64,000 bases of DNA from an uncultured Woeseiaceae bacterium (lineage in GTDB: Bacteria; Pseudomonadota; Gammaproteobacteria; Steroidobacterales; Woeseiaceae): NCBI GenBank assembly GCA_964403695.1, contig CAYOHF010000001.1, positions 38,181 to 102,180 on the forward strand, read 5' to 3'. Within the stretch, counting starts at the first letter, position 1, and each line of letters begins with the position of its first letter. The position numbers and the translations under genes are program-made. Below are positions 1 through 9,565 of this stretch, piece by piece. Under the pieces are notes generated by a model. It saw only the letters and a list, made by a program, of their open reading frames with translations. It searched no databases and was not told the origin of the DNA.

Positions 1-1
1 T

Positions 2-193
2 GGCGAGAACCTGGGCTTCGATGCTGATGACAATGCGGTTGAAGTGTATTGGCGTGACGGTGAACACTCATTCCCGATAGCAACGAAGTCTGCTTTAGCC
101 GATGACCTCATCAAGTTGGTTTCTGAACGTTATCTGGAAAAACTAACGGCGGCGACGCAAACAGCATTGCCCGCCATTGCAGTCAGGGACTAA
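2..193 (+). CDS. coaBC: 3' end of bifunctional phosphopantothenoylcysteine decarboxylase/synthetase (CoaBC/Dfp), truncated by the window edge
   Basis: Frame 2 is open from the window edge to TAA at 191-193 ([44 protein letters not shown]...). This resembles the C-terminal tail of E. coli Dfp. coaBC-dut adjacency is the classical gammaproteobacterial arrangement. Confidence 0.7.
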   Translation, partial: GENLGFDADDNAVEVYWRDGEHSFPIATKSALADDLIKLVSERYLEKLTAATQTALPAIAVRD

Positions 194-203
194 CGAGAAA
201 ATC

Positions 204-659
204 GTGCGATCAATTGAACTGAAGATTATGGATTCGCGAATCGGCGACTCCATCCCCTTGCCACACTATGCGACCAGCGGTTCAGCCGGTCTCGACATGC
301 GTGCTTGTATCGATGCAGCACTTACCGTCGAGCCTGGCGAAACAGTGTTGGTACCGACCGGGCTTGCCATTCACATTGGTGATGCTGACCTGGCCGCAGT
401 ACTCTTGCCCAGGTCCGGCCTGGGACACAAACACGGATTGGTGCTTGGCAACCTGACGGGCCTGATCGATTCCGACTACCAGGGACAGGTGTACATTTCC
501 TGCTGGAACCGCAGCAACACAGCATACGAAGTTCAACCGGGGGAACGCATAGCGCAGATGGTTTTCGTTCCGGTCGAGCAGGTACAGTTCGACGTCGTTG
601 AGGAATTTGATGATTCCAGCCGTGGGGAAGGCGGCTTTGGTCATTCGGGGCGTGCTTGA
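204..659 (+). CDS. dut: dUTP diphosphatase (dUTPase)
   Basis: The ORF track gives 177..659. The sequence [35 protein letters not shown]...[13 protein letters not shown]...[10 protein letters not shown] aligns from the first residues with E. coli Dut ([34 protein letters not shown]). I therefore prefer GTG at 204, which also avoids overlap with the coaBC stop. Confidence 0.93.
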   Translation: MRSIELKIMDSRIGDSIPLPHYATSGSAGLDMRACIDAALTVEPGETVLVPTGLAIHIGDADLAAVLLPRSGLGHKHGLVLGNLTGLIDSDYQGQVYISCWNRSNTAYEVQPGERIAQMVFVPVEQVQFDVVEEFDDSSRGEGGFGHSGRA

Positions 660-772
660 CGAGGGCAGTCAGTTTTAGATGTGGCAATCACGCCGCAGCA
701 ATGCGTAAAAAACGGGCCAAAAAAAACCGCTAATCATTTGCGGCTTTATTGGCTACCCGTCCTGGCTTATCG

Positions 773-1399
773 CTAATTCAAACCTTTCAATTTCTTGAAT
801 CGATTAATGTCGCCGTCAAAACGGGCGACGATGCCTTGCTGGTCGTTCAGGAAGCGCTGCAGGTTGGCCTGATGACGAGTAATCGTCTCTTTGGTCATCG
901 CAATGTCGTTCGAGAGGTCGGTGCCGATCATCTCTGCGTCAGGGTCGTCAGTGTAAGGCTGAAAGCCTGACGCTTCATCTTTCAGCTCTGACATGCGACG
1001 CTCGAGGTTACGCAAATACAATTCGGTCACCCGGGCCTGAGCTTCAAACAATTCGATGCGTCGATCACGATGCATGAGGATCTCGTCGATCGTCAGATAC
1101 GTTGCGAGCAACGCCTGATCAGCTCTTCGTTCCAGTTCGCGCTGCATGCGCAGGTCATCCTGATGTTTCTCTTCAGCGATTTCCTCTGCGGTCATCTTCG
1201 CGCGCAGCACATCTACGGTGATGCCATGGTTATTGACGATCTGTCTTTCAAGCTCGGCGTACTCCGCCGGGACGCTGTCGCCGTAATGTACGGCGCCGTC
1301 ACTGTCTATCCAGCGGTACATTTTCTGCGACTTCTGGGCGGCCGCAACAGAAATCGGTACAACGACCAACAGCAATAATGTGACGAGTAACTTTCTCAT
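773..1399 (-). CDS. DUF4124 domain-containing secreted coiled-coil protein
   Basis: The signal-like N-terminus MRKLLVTLLLLVVVPISVAAA is followed by the YRWIDSDGAVHYGD motif typical of DUF4124, then a charged coiled-coil region. The ORF-track start at 1417 is probably too far upstream. Confidence 0.7.
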   Translation of the reverse strand: MRKLLVTLLLLVVVPISVAAAQKSQKMYRWIDSDGAVHYGDSVPAEYAELERQIVNNHGITVDVLRAKMTAEEIAEEKHQDDLRMQRELERRADQALLATYLTIDEILMHRDRRIELFEAQARVTELYLRNLERRMSELKDEASGFQPYTDDPDAEMIGTDLSNDIAMTKETITRHQANLQRFLNDQQGIVARFDGDINRFKKLKGLN

Positions 1400-1514
1400 G
1401 GGCCAAATATCACACAAAAATCAAGCAGCGTAGAGGGACTGGTTCGCGGAATTTAAGCTTGGTCTTCATCGCTATATTTGTGTGCCTGACATATTTTCTT
1501 TGTTTATCAACTGC

Positions 1515-2162
1515 TTAGATGTCCGCGCCATATTTCCTTCGATAAGCCAGCACTGGTTCGAGATGCTGGTTCAATTCCGCGGAATCTTCAAGCATATCAA
1601 TGATGTCTTCCAGCCTGATGATGCCTGCTACCGGCATTTCCAGGGATTGCTCGAGCTCCTGAACGGCCGATCGTGAGCCCTGGCCGATCTCCTGACGATC
1701 GAGTGATATGACGAGCCCGGAAACTACCGCCCCCGCCGCCGTGATGATCTTGTGCGCTTCCCTGACTGCCGTACCAGCGGTAATGACATCGTCGACGATT
1801 AGCACTTTGCCGGTCAAAGGTGCGCCGACAATGCTGCCACCCTCACCATGGCTTTTTGCTTCCTTGCGGTTGAAAGCATAGGGCACGTCAATATCGTGAT
1901 GTTCGGCCAGTGCTGAAGCAGCGAGTGCTACCAGCGGAATACCTTTGTATGCCGGGCCGAACAACATGTCGAATTCGATAGCGGAATCTGCGATAGCGGA
2001 GGCGTAGTAGCGGCCAAGTTTGGCCGCGGCATAGCCGCTGCAGAAAAGTCCCGCATTGAAAAAATATGGGCTTTGCCGGCCGGACTTGAGTGTGAACTCG
2101 CCGAAGCGCAGAACCTCAAGTTCGAGTGCAAGGTCGAGAAATTCCCTTTTATAAGCGTGCAT
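1515..2162 (-). CDS. pyrE: orotate phosphoribosyltransferase
   Basis: Full-length similarity to PyrE ([35 protein letters not shown]), with the PRPP-binding motif [13 protein letters not shown]. Confidence 0.93.
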   Translation of the reverse strand: MHAYKREFLDLALELEVLRFGEFTLKSGRQSPYFFNAGLFCSGYAAAKLGRYYASAIADSAIEFDMLFGPAYKGIPLVALAASALAEHHDIDVPYAFNRKEAKSHGEGGSIVGAPLTGKVLIVDDVITAGTAVREAHKIITAAGAVVSGLVISLDRQEIGQGSRSAVQELEQSLEMPVAGIIRLEDIIDMLEDSAELNQHLEPVLAYRRKYGADI

Positions 2163-2326
2163 ATTGTTGGACTGGTCTTAAGCTTCTGTATGATGGCTCG
2201 CGTCGGTTTCGCGTCAATCTTTACCAGCGCGAAGCACAAGAGTATGACACACAGAAACGTGATTTTGCTTACAAAAAATAGCTTTCATGTGCAACATTTG
2301 ACCAGCTGGAAGAGAGGAGAACGTCT

Positions 2327-3097
2327 TTGTATCGTGTGATTAGCTTAAATGCCAATGGCATCCGCGCAGCGGCGCGCAAGGGTTTTTTTGAGTGGATGGA
2401 AAAACAAGATCCGGATGTCGTCTGCATCCAGGAGACCAAAGCACAGGTTCACCAGCTGACCGATGACTGTTTTTCGCCAGCCGGGTATCACTGCTACTAC
2501 GAAGACGCGGTAAAAAAGGGCTACAGCGGCGTTGCTATTTACTCGAAGCAAAAGCCGGATAAAGTCATACGCGGTTTCGGTATCGATGAATTCGACGACG
2601 AAGGCCGTTACATCGAGGCTCGCTTTGGAAAAATGAGTGTCGTGTCTGTTTACCTACCATCAGGGTCTTCGGGTGATATTCGTCAGGACGCGAAATACAG
2701 GTTCCTGGATGCCTTCACACCACATCTGCAGAAATTGCAGAGGCGCCGCTCCGAGTACGTACTTTGCGGCGATTGGAATATTGCTCACAAACAAATTGAC
2801 CTGAAAAACTGGCGACCGAACCGCAAAAACTCAGGCTTTTTGCCAGAAGAGCGCGCGTGGATGGACGATCTGTTCGGGCCGCAGAAGTACGTCGATGCGT
2901 TTCGGCAAATTAACGAGGAGGCCGATCAATACACGTGGTGGTCAAATCGGGGTCGGGCCTGGGACAACAATGTTGGGTGGCGTCTGGATTACCAGGTTGT
3001 TACGCCCGGACTACGTGAAAAAATTCTGCAAACCGATATCTATAAAGCCGAACGCTTTTCTGATCACGCACCACTAACGATGGACTACGATTGGTGA
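2327..3097 (+). CDS. xthA: exodeoxyribonuclease III (AP endonuclease)
   Basis: SLNANGIRAA...DVVCIQETK...GDWNIAH...RLDY...SDHAPL are the conserved ExoIII/EEP family motifs. The length (256 aa) is typical. Confidence 0.9.
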   Translation: MYRVISLNANGIRAAARKGFFEWMEKQDPDVVCIQETKAQVHQLTDDCFSPAGYHCYYEDAVKKGYSGVAIYSKQKPDKVIRGFGIDEFDDEGRYIEARFGKMSVVSVYLPSGSSGDIRQDAKYRFLDAFTPHLQKLQRRRSEYVLCGDWNIAHKQIDLKNWRPNRKNSGFLPEERAWMDDLFGPQKYVDAFRQINEEADQYTWWSNRGRAWDNNVGWRLDYQVVTPGLREKILQTDIYKAERFSDHAPLTMDYDW

Positions 3098-4416
3098 GTG
3101 ACGGGATCGCAGCAGACGGTCCTCAACCGAGTCCCGGCTGGCGCTACTACCTGCAGAAAAATGTCCTTGTCATATTTTTCCTCGGCTTTTCGTCCGGACT
3201 GCCGTTTCCGCTGGTTTACTCCACTTTATCCACCTGGCTTGCAAGTGCTGGTATTGAGCTTAGTACGGTCAGCACGTTTGCCTGGCTCGGATTCGCTTAT
3301 AGTTTTAAATTCATCTGGGCACCGATCGTCGATACGTTGCGGCTTCCCGTTCTGACCCGCCTGTTGGGCCGTCGCCGCGCATGGATGCTGTTTGCCCAGT
3401 TGTTGATCGGTACTAGTCTGTTCATTCTTTCCGGCATCGACCCGGTACAGAACATAGAGGCCTTTGCCCTTGTTGCAGCTGCGGTCGCTCTCTCGTCCGC
3501 CACGCAGGATATCGTCATTGATGCGTATCGAATCGAAAGCGCTGAGAGCAGAATGCAGGGCGTCTTGGCAGCGTCATACCAGTACGGCTATCGTGTAGCG
3601 ATGCTCGTCGGTGGAGCCGCGGCGATGGCCATCGCCCAGTTTTCTCCATGGTCAACAGCCTATATGGCTATGGCAGGGTGCACGATCGTCGGCATTGTGA
3701 CGACACTCTGGTGCAAGGAACCCGCCTCTCAGATCAAGCAGGCCGTTTACGCCGGTTCGAATGCGATCGAGAAGGCCACAAGTTGGTTTCAGCACGCAGT
3801 TGCCGACCCCTTTGCAGATTTTTTCAAACGATTTGGTCGATTCGCGATTGTAATGCTTGCCTTTATTTCCCTGTACCGCCTCAGCGATTATGTACTCGGC
3901 ATTATTGCCAATCCGTTTTATCTGGATATTGGTTTTTCTCTGCTGCAAATATCCGTCATCGCAAAGGGCTACGGACTCTGGGTGTCATTAGTGGGTGTCG
4001 GCGCGGGGGGCTGGGCTGTGGTGAAGTTCGGCATTGCCCGCTGCCTTGTCATCGCAACAATCCTGATCGCGAGCACGAACCTGTTCTTTGCGGTTATGGT
4101 CATCGTTGGCCCCGAACCATGGATGCTCGCGGTTACGATCAGCGCGGATAATCTGGCCCAGGGATTCTCCGGTACGGTGTTGATTGCCTACCTGTCGAGC
4201 CTGACAAACTTGTCATTCACCGCGACGCAATACGCGTTGTTGAGTTCGTTCATGTCACTGCTTGGCAAATTTTCTGCGGGCTACTCGGGAAATGTTCAGG
4301 AATCTATCGGCTGGCTGGGTTTTTTCCTCTATGCAGCGGCGCTCGGAATACCGGCAATCGTTCTGGCTGTGATTGTGGCAAGACGCCACGACGAGCTTGT
4401 TGGGTCAGCTCGATGA
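3091..4416 (+). CDS. ampG: AmpG family muropeptide MFS transporter
   Basis: Multi-TM MFS protein with an AmpG-like N-terminus (VIFFLGFSSGLPFPLVYSTLSTWLASAGIELSTVSTFAWLGFAYSFKFIWAPIVD). Confidence 0.85.
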   Translation: MVSDGIAADGPQPSPGWRYYLQKNVLVIFFLGFSSGLPFPLVYSTLSTWLASAGIELSTVSTFAWLGFAYSFKFIWAPIVDTLRLPVLTRLLGRRRAWMLFAQLLIGTSLFILSGIDPVQNIEAFALVAAAVALSSATQDIVIDAYRIESAESRMQGVLAASYQYGYRVAMLVGGAAAMAIAQFSPWSTAYMAMAGCTIVGIVTTLWCKEPASQIKQAVYAGSNAIEKATSWFQHAVADPFADFFKRFGRFAIVMLAFISLYRLSDYVLGIIANPFYLDIGFSLLQISVIAKGYGLWVSLVGVGAGGWAVVKFGIARCLVIATILIASTNLFFAVMVIVGPEPWMLAVTISADNLAQGFSGTVLIAYLSSLTNLSFTATQYALLSSFMSLLGKFSAGYSGNVQESIGWLGFFLYAAALGIPAIVLAVIVARRHDELVGSAR

Positions 4417-4766
4417 AAACAACCGAAATGGCCGTTGGGCCAGTCGATAATATTACTGATCCGGGATGTCGCGAATTTACGCTCGGTGATGGCGATTGGC
4501 CGTTCAAGGGTTTTATTGTGCGACAGGGAAATGAGATCTACGCCTATCAAAATTATTGCGTGCATGCGGGTCACCCGCTGAACTGGAAACCGGACAGTTT
4601 CCTGACACCCGATGGCAGCCAGATAATTTGCGCGTCACATGGCGCGGTGTATGAAATCAAAAGCGGTGTTTGTGTAGCGGGACCGTGTCCCGGAAAAAAG
4701 CTGCGGGCACTGGATGTGGAAATTCGGGATGGGACGGTGGTCGTTTGTGTGCCAGAGAATGGCTGA
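4413..4766 (+). CDS. Rieske (2Fe-2S) domain protein
   Basis: It has the two Rieske boxes CVHAGHP and CASHGAVY..G..C. The start overlaps the ampG stop by 4 nt (ATGA). Confidence 0.8.
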   Translation: MKTTEMAVGPVDNITDPGCREFTLGDGDWPFKGFIVRQGNEIYAYQNYCVHAGHPLNWKPDSFLTPDGSQIICASHGAVYEIKSGVCVAGPCPGKKLRALDVEIRDGTVVVCVPENG

Positions 4767-4860
4767 AAGACTTGGATTCACTGCTGTCCCACAAAGACGA
4801 GATTTCTGGCCGAGCGCTCAAGGGTTGGTGCAATGTTCCGGTATTTTTGCAGATTCGGGG

Positions 4861-4926
4861 CATCGCCCGCTGGGCGGGCTCCTACAATACCTATTAGAAT
4901 TGTAGGAGCCCGCCCAGCGGGCGATG
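4861..4926. repeat. REP-like palindromic element, family A (perfect 28-bp inverted repeat, 10-nt spacer)
   Basis: catcgcccgctgggcgggctcctacaat (4861-4888) is the exact reverse complement of attgtaggagcccgcccagcgggcgatg (4899-4926). The core gtaggagcccgcccagcgggcgat recurs at 11550, 14258 and, in partial form, 21548. Confidence 0.85.
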
Positions 4927-4949
4927 CGGGCGAATTGCGCCGCGCTTCC

Positions 4950-5243
4950 CTACTCTGTCTTGTCCAGGAAACTCAGTGGGTCGTGATAGCCGAGCGGAAT
5001 TTCGCCGCTATCCGTGCCCTGGTAGTCTTCTGGATCCATATCGACTGAGCCTGACCAGTCTTCAGGAGCGCCGACTTGCTCTATGAGCAACTTCGGCCAG
5101 TTTTCGAGATCGACTTCATCGATGGTTCCATCGAAGAACTGTATCTCGATCGTCGCATCTTGCTCGTCAATTGCGACCACTTCGAACAAATCTCCATCGG
5201 GGCGCCGGTACCAATGCCCGATGACCGGATATACGACTGCCAT
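4950..5243 (-). CDS. small acidic hypothetical protein
   Basis: 97-aa ORF in an otherwise empty interval, with coding-like composition (MAVVYPVIGHWYRRPDGDLFEVVAIDEQDATIEIQFFDG...). I recognise no catalytic motif. Confidence 0.5.
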   Translation of the reverse strand: MAVVYPVIGHWYRRPDGDLFEVVAIDEQDATIEIQFFDGTIDEVDLENWPKLLIEQVGAPEDWSGSVDMDPEDYQGTDSGEIPLGYHDPLSFLDKTE

Positions 5244-5387
5244 TGTTTCGTCCTCTGGTTGCTGTGTTCTCCACTTTCAGGTTCTCAATACCCCCTTTAT
5301 AGATCAATAAGAGAAAACCGCAAGGCCATTTGAGGGCGTTACTTGCCCCTGATTCGAGTCTTGCTGAGCAGTCGACTGATCGGTCAG

Positions 5388-6077
5388 CTAATTTCGAATG
5401 AAACGCCAGTCCCAGATTCGGTGCCCTTTCTTTAGTCCTCGGGTTTCGAACTTGGTGCCGAAGCGTTGCAGCGGTCGATCTCCTGCGTGTTCGCGTCTTT
5501 CATCGAGCCGAAACAGCCCGGACTCCACGATAATTTCGTCGATGTGCTCAGCATAATTTTGCCAGTCAGTGGCGATATGCAGCGTGCCACCCACAGCGAG
5601 CTTTCGCGCGAGTAGCTGCAGGAATCCATGCTGGATTATGCGGCGTTTATGGTGCCGCTTCTTCGGCCAGGGATCGGGGAAATAAAGATTAACGCGAGCA
5701 AGGGAGCCGTCTTCGATCTGTTGCTGTAACACTTCAATTGCATCATGCGCGATGACACGCAGGTTGCTGATCGCACAATCGCGAGCTTGAATAAGACAAT
5801 GCCCCACACCCGGCTCATGGACTTCAACACCCAGGAAATCAGCATCCGGATGCTCCTCGGCAGCGCGTACCAGGCTCTCGCCATTGCCATAACCAATCTC
5901 CAGGATTTTGTGTGCCGATCGATCAAAAACGGCATCAAGATCGAGCCGCTCTTCTGCATAGTCCAGTCCATATTGTGGCCACAGCTCCTTGCGGGCACGA
6001 ACCTGTGCCGGCGTCATGCGACCGGTGCGGCGCACGAAACTGCGTATGGTGCGCCTGGCTGGTTGAGAATCAGTCAT
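5388..6077 (-). CDS. trmB: tRNA (guanine46-N7)-methyltransferase
   Basis: SAM-binding ILEIGYGNGE and the TrmB signature LYFPDPWPKKRHHKRR are present. I prefer the MTDSQPARR start (6077) over the ORF-track start at 6131. Confidence 0.88.
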   Translation of the reverse strand: MTDSQPARRTIRSFVRRTGRMTPAQVRARKELWPQYGLDYAEERLDLDAVFDRSAHKILEIGYGNGESLVRAAEEHPDADFLGVEVHEPGVGHCLIQARDCAISNLRVIAHDAIEVLQQQIEDGSLARVNLYFPDPWPKKRHHKRRIIQHGFLQLLARKLAVGGTLHIATDWQNYAEHIDEIIVESGLFRLDERREHAGDRPLQRFGTKFETRGLKKGHRIWDWRFIRN

Positions 6078-6141
6078 GGGATCCTGATTACCCAACACCT
6101 GGAATGAACACAAGCATTCCGCGACCGGCAATTGACTGCAT

Positions 6142-7770
6142 TCAGGGCCGACTGCTGATCATTGCCGCAATACCGGCGGCAATCAATGCCCAGCCCGGTA
6201 CTACGGCTGACCCAAGGGTCAGTACCAATGTGCCGGATAACGCTGCAGTTGCGCCTATCGCCAACCAATATCTTTGTTTTTGCTGGGCGCCTAACTGCTC
6301 GCGAATCTGTTTGAGCTCTGGCGAGCGAAGGTTAAGTTGCAGGTCGCCCTGCGTAATCTGTTCGGCAAGATAATTGATGACGCCGGGTAATTCCCGCATG
6401 GCATCGCGTAGCTGTGGCAGGTCTTCGCGCAGACTGTTTATGATGGCCCGCCCGCCGACTTGCTCGTCCATCCACTGGCGCAAAATAGGGTGCGCTGTTT
6501 TCCAGAGATCCAGGTCGGGATACAGCTGTCGGCCCAGTCCCTCGATATTAAACAGAGTCTTTTGCAGGAGCATCAGCTGTGGCTGAATCTCCATATCGAA
6601 ACGGCGCGCGGTGGCGAACAGGCCGATCATTACCTGTGCGAACGATATCTGCGACAAAGGCTTATTGAAAATCGGCTCACAAACGGAACGCACTGCCGAT
6701 TCCAGTTCATCGATACGAGTCTCTGGTGGTACCCAACCGGAGTCGAGGTGCAGTTTTGCAATCTTGTGATAATCACGATCAAAAAAGGCCAGGAAATTAC
6801 CGGCGAGGTATTTCTGATCGTTCGGGCTTAATGTCCCGACAATGCCAAAGTCAACGGCAACGTATCTCGGCTGCTCCGGATCTTCAATCTGTACAAAAAT
6901 ATTTCCCGGATGCATGTCAGCATGAAAAAAGTTGTGTCGAAAAACCTGCGTAAAAAATATCTCAACGCCATTTTCTGCGAGTCTCTGAATATTCGTTCCG
7001 GCAGCCAGCAGGGTTTGCATGTCACTTATCGGTGTGCCGTAAATTCTCTCCTGAACCAGCACTTCCGGCCGACAGAAATCCCAGTAAACGTCCGGTACAT
7101 ATAACAGGTCAGAGCCCGCGAAATTGCGTTTCAATTGGGTGGTATTTGCCCCTTCACGCATCAGGTCCAGTTCATCGAATATGGTTTTCTCGTACTCGGC
7201 CACGAGTTCCAGCGGCCGTAGTCGTTTGCCGTGTTCCCAGTATTTGTCAGCCAGGCCGGCGAGTGCGTACATCACGTCGAGATCTTGCTCAATAAGATCA
7301 CGAATGCCCGGTCGCAGCAGCTTGACAATAACCTCTGTGCCATCGGGCAATGCGGCAGTGTGTACCTGGGCAATGGATGCCGCGGCAAATGGTTCCCTGT
7401 CAAAACGTGAAAACACATCGTCGACCGGCTTGCCATATATTTCTTCGAGCTTCGTGACCGCCTGTTCCTTGGGGAAAGGCGGGACGCGATCTTGTAATAG
7501 CGCCAGCTCATCAGCCATTTCGCTCGGCAAAAGGTCACGTCGCGTCGAGACCGTCTGGCCGAATTTCACAAAAATTGGTCCAAGTTCCTGCAATGCCAAC
7601 CGCACGCGTTTACCAAGTGGTTCAGATACGTCTTTGGCACGCGGAAACAGGTAGAAGAGATATCTCAATGGACGCAGTAAATGGGTCGCCGTGATCAACT
7701 CATCCAGACCGTGTCGAACCAGAACGCGCTGGATGCTCAAAAGTCTCAGGAGTGTCTTCTTACGCCACAT
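6142..7770 (-). CDS. ubiB: ubiquinone biosynthesis regulatory protein kinase UbiB (ABC1/ADCK family)
   Basis: ABC1 atypical-kinase motifs (PIFVKFGQ..STR.DLLP, AAASIAQVH, HADMHPGNIF, VAVDFGIVG), C-terminal TM helices, and a position downstream of ubiE-ubiJ. Confidence 0.93.
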   Translation of the reverse strand: MWRKKTLLRLLSIQRVLVRHGLDELITATHLLRPLRYLFYLFPRAKDVSEPLGKRVRLALQELGPIFVKFGQTVSTRRDLLPSEMADELALLQDRVPPFPKEQAVTKLEEIYGKPVDDVFSRFDREPFAAASIAQVHTAALPDGTEVIVKLLRPGIRDLIEQDLDVMYALAGLADKYWEHGKRLRPLELVAEYEKTIFDELDLMREGANTTQLKRNFAGSDLLYVPDVYWDFCRPEVLVQERIYGTPISDMQTLLAAGTNIQRLAENGVEIFFTQVFRHNFFHADMHPGNIFVQIEDPEQPRYVAVDFGIVGTLSPNDQKYLAGNFLAFFDRDYHKIAKLHLDSGWVPPETRIDELESAVRSVCEPIFNKPLSQISFAQVMIGLFATARRFDMEIQPQLMLLQKTLFNIEGLGRQLYPDLDLWKTAHPILRQWMDEQVGGRAIINSLREDLPQLRDAMRELPGVINYLAEQITQGDLQLNLRSPELKQIREQLGAQQKQRYWLAIGATAALSGTLVLTLGSAVVPGWALIAAGIAAMISSRP

Positions 7771-7773
7771 ATC

Positions 7774-8400
7774 TTATGCAGGGTCCTGCTGGTCGAGGTC
7801 CGATTCGGCCTGTTTCATCCGCGCCTCAAATCTTGCGACGTCATCGCGCAGCGTATCAACCTGGCCGCGAAAAACTTCTGCTTCATAGCGGCTGGGTACA
7901 GCGCGGCTTTCTTCCTGCAGGTATTCACTCGCGTTTTGTTGCAGTGTCGAACCAGCTTCCCGCCCCCATTGGCTGATGTTACGCACCAGTTCACCGATGC
8001 TGTGCGCGGCTGCGTCACCGACCAGCCCGGACAGTTCCTCCTCGAAGTCTGGCCGCGCATAGCGCAACAGTGTTTGAAATTTCCGGGCGAGTATCACGTC
8101 GCCGCCAAGCTCTACAGCATCGCCGCGAACGACCGTATCGCGAGCCGGACTTGCAAGTCTTGCCAGTGCGAGCAGAGAGCCGCTAATTACGACATCCGGT
8201 TCGTCGCTATACTCGCTGGAAAGAAATACCTGGTCAGGGCCGACGATGATATACATCGCTAATGCAGAGTTCGTGACCCGCAATGCCAAAACCCGGTCCT
8301 GCATTTCAGCACAAAGTTCTCGTGCCGGCGTTTTCGATTGAATCTGCCTGTTTAGCAATGCTGCAACAGGGCGAAGCATTGTTTCAAGCGCGTCCGGCAT
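7774..8400 (-). CDS. ubiJ: ubiquinone biosynthesis accessory factor UbiJ (SCP2 domain)
   Basis: It sits between ubiE and ubiB, the conserved yigP/ubiJ slot. It has an SCP2-like N-terminal half and a coiled C-terminus. The start was chosen at MPDALETM so that it abuts the ubiE stop. Confidence 0.7.
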   Translation of the reverse strand: MPDALETMLRPVAALLNRQIQSKTPARELCAEMQDRVLALRVTNSALAMYIIVGPDQVFLSSEYSDEPDVVISGSLLALARLASPARDTVVRGDAVELGGDVILARKFQTLLRYARPDFEEELSGLVGDAAAHSIGELVRNISQWGREAGSTLQQNASEYLQEESRAVPSRYEAEVFRGQVDTLRDDVARFEARMKQAESDLDQQDPA

Positions 8401-8402
8401 TT

Positions 8403-9146
8403 CTAGATCCTGTAACCGATGTGCAGTGCGACGATTCCGCCCGCCAGGTTGTGGTACCGGCAACGCTCAAAACCGGCATCGGTCATCATGTCGCGTAGCG
8501 TATCCTGATTCGGATGCATGCGAATTGATTCCGCCAGGTACTGGTAACTTGCTTGATCATTGGCGACCAGTTTTCCCAGTAGTGGCAGCACCTTAAAAGA
8601 ATAGAGGTCGTACGCCGGTTTGAGCGCCGCAGATGGCTTCGAAAATTCAAGGATCATCGCTTTGCCACCTGGTTTAAGACTCCGCAGCATCGATGCAAGG
8701 GCAGCGCCTTTATCGGTAACGTTTCTAAGGCCAAACGCCATGGTGATGCAGTCAAAACTTGCATTGGCGAACGGCAGGTTTTCTGCATCAACCTGGGCGA
8801 TTGACAGATTTCCGGCAACACCGGCATCAACAAGGCGTCGCCGCCCTTCCTGCAGCATGCTGGCATTGATATCGGCGAGCACCACGTGGCCACTCGAACC
8901 GACCTGGCCCGCAAATACCCTGGCCAGATCTCCCGTTCCGCCGGCAAGATCAAGCACACTCTGGCCGCGGCGTATGGCTGCCTGCGAGATTGTGAAGCGT
9001 TTCCAGATTCGGTGCAGCCCACCCGACATCAGGTCATTCATCACGTCATAACGGCTCGCGACAGAATCGAACACGTCTTTGATGCGCTGTGCCTTTTCCT
9101 GACGAGGCACAGTTTCATAGCCGAAATGGGTGGTTTCTTTGCTCAT
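8403..9146 (-). CDS. ubiE: bifunctional demethylmenaquinone / 2-methoxy-6-polyprenyl-1,4-benzoquinol methyltransferase
   Basis: [50 protein letters not shown]...[10 protein letters not shown] is near-canonical UbiE. The 60-aa N-terminal extension in the ORF track (to 9326) has no UbiE counterpart and overlaps the DUF971 gene. Confidence 0.93.
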   Translation of the reverse strand: MSKETTHFGYETVPRQEKAQRIKDVFDSVASRYDVMNDLMSGGLHRIWKRFTISQAAIRRGQSVLDLAGGTGDLARVFAGQVGSSGHVVLADINASMLQEGRRRLVDAGVAGNLSIAQVDAENLPFANASFDCITMAFGLRNVTDKGAALASMLRSLKPGGKAMILEFSKPSAALKPAYDLYSFKVLPLLGKLVANDQASYQYLAESIRMHPNQDTLRDMMTDAGFERCRYHNLAGGIVALHIGYRI

Positions 9147-9150
9147 GGAA

Positions 9151-9519
9151 TCAGCTGTCTGTAACAGGTTGACGAGCATACCCTGCTGCCTCAAGGCGGT
9201 CGAGATAAGCCTGCCAACGGGACTCCTGCTCGGCCCCAAGCTCGTAAAAGTGCTTCCAGGTGTACAGCCCGGTGTCATGCCCGTCATCAAATACCAGGCG
9301 TACCGCGTAGTGTCCGACCGGTTCAATATTTGTCACCTGCACATTTTCTTTGCCTTTTTGCAGGATTTCCTGCCCGGGGCCATGCCCCTGGACGTCAGCG
9401 GAGGGGGAATGAACACGCAGATACTCGAACGGCAATTCAAAATGACTGCCATCGTCGAAACTGATGCTGATTTGCCGCGACTTTTTCTGCAGCTTGATCT
9501 CGCTGGGTACGTGGTCCAC
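9151..9519 (-). CDS. DUF971 domain protein (gamma-butyrobetaine hydroxylase-like N-terminal domain)
   Basis: [25 protein letters not shown]...[25 protein letters not shown] matches the DUF971 pattern. Its location upstream of ubiE is common. Confidence 0.7.
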   Translation of the reverse strand: MDHVPSEIKLQKKSRQISISFDDGSHFELPFEYLRVHSPSADVQGHGPGQEILQKGKENVQVTNIEPVGHYAVRLVFDDGHDTGLYTWKHFYELGAEQESRWQAYLDRLEAAGYARQPVTDS

Positions 9520-9565
9520 GCCAATACTCCTGTGCTTGCTTATTATTGGATTTGTATTCTGCGGC

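Noticed and set aside
6142-7770. UbiB (ABC1 atypical kinase) as the missing kinase for the FHA/PP2C module
   Set aside because: It lies 34 kb away in the conserved ubiE-ubiJ-ubiB operon, and its established role is in ubiquinone biosynthesis. Nothing in the sequence links it to the cluster.
9147-9326. 60-aa N-terminal extension of ubiE in the ORF track
   Set aside because: It has no counterpart in UbiE proteins and overlaps the DUF971 gene. The canonical [10 protein letters not shown] start at 9146 fits.
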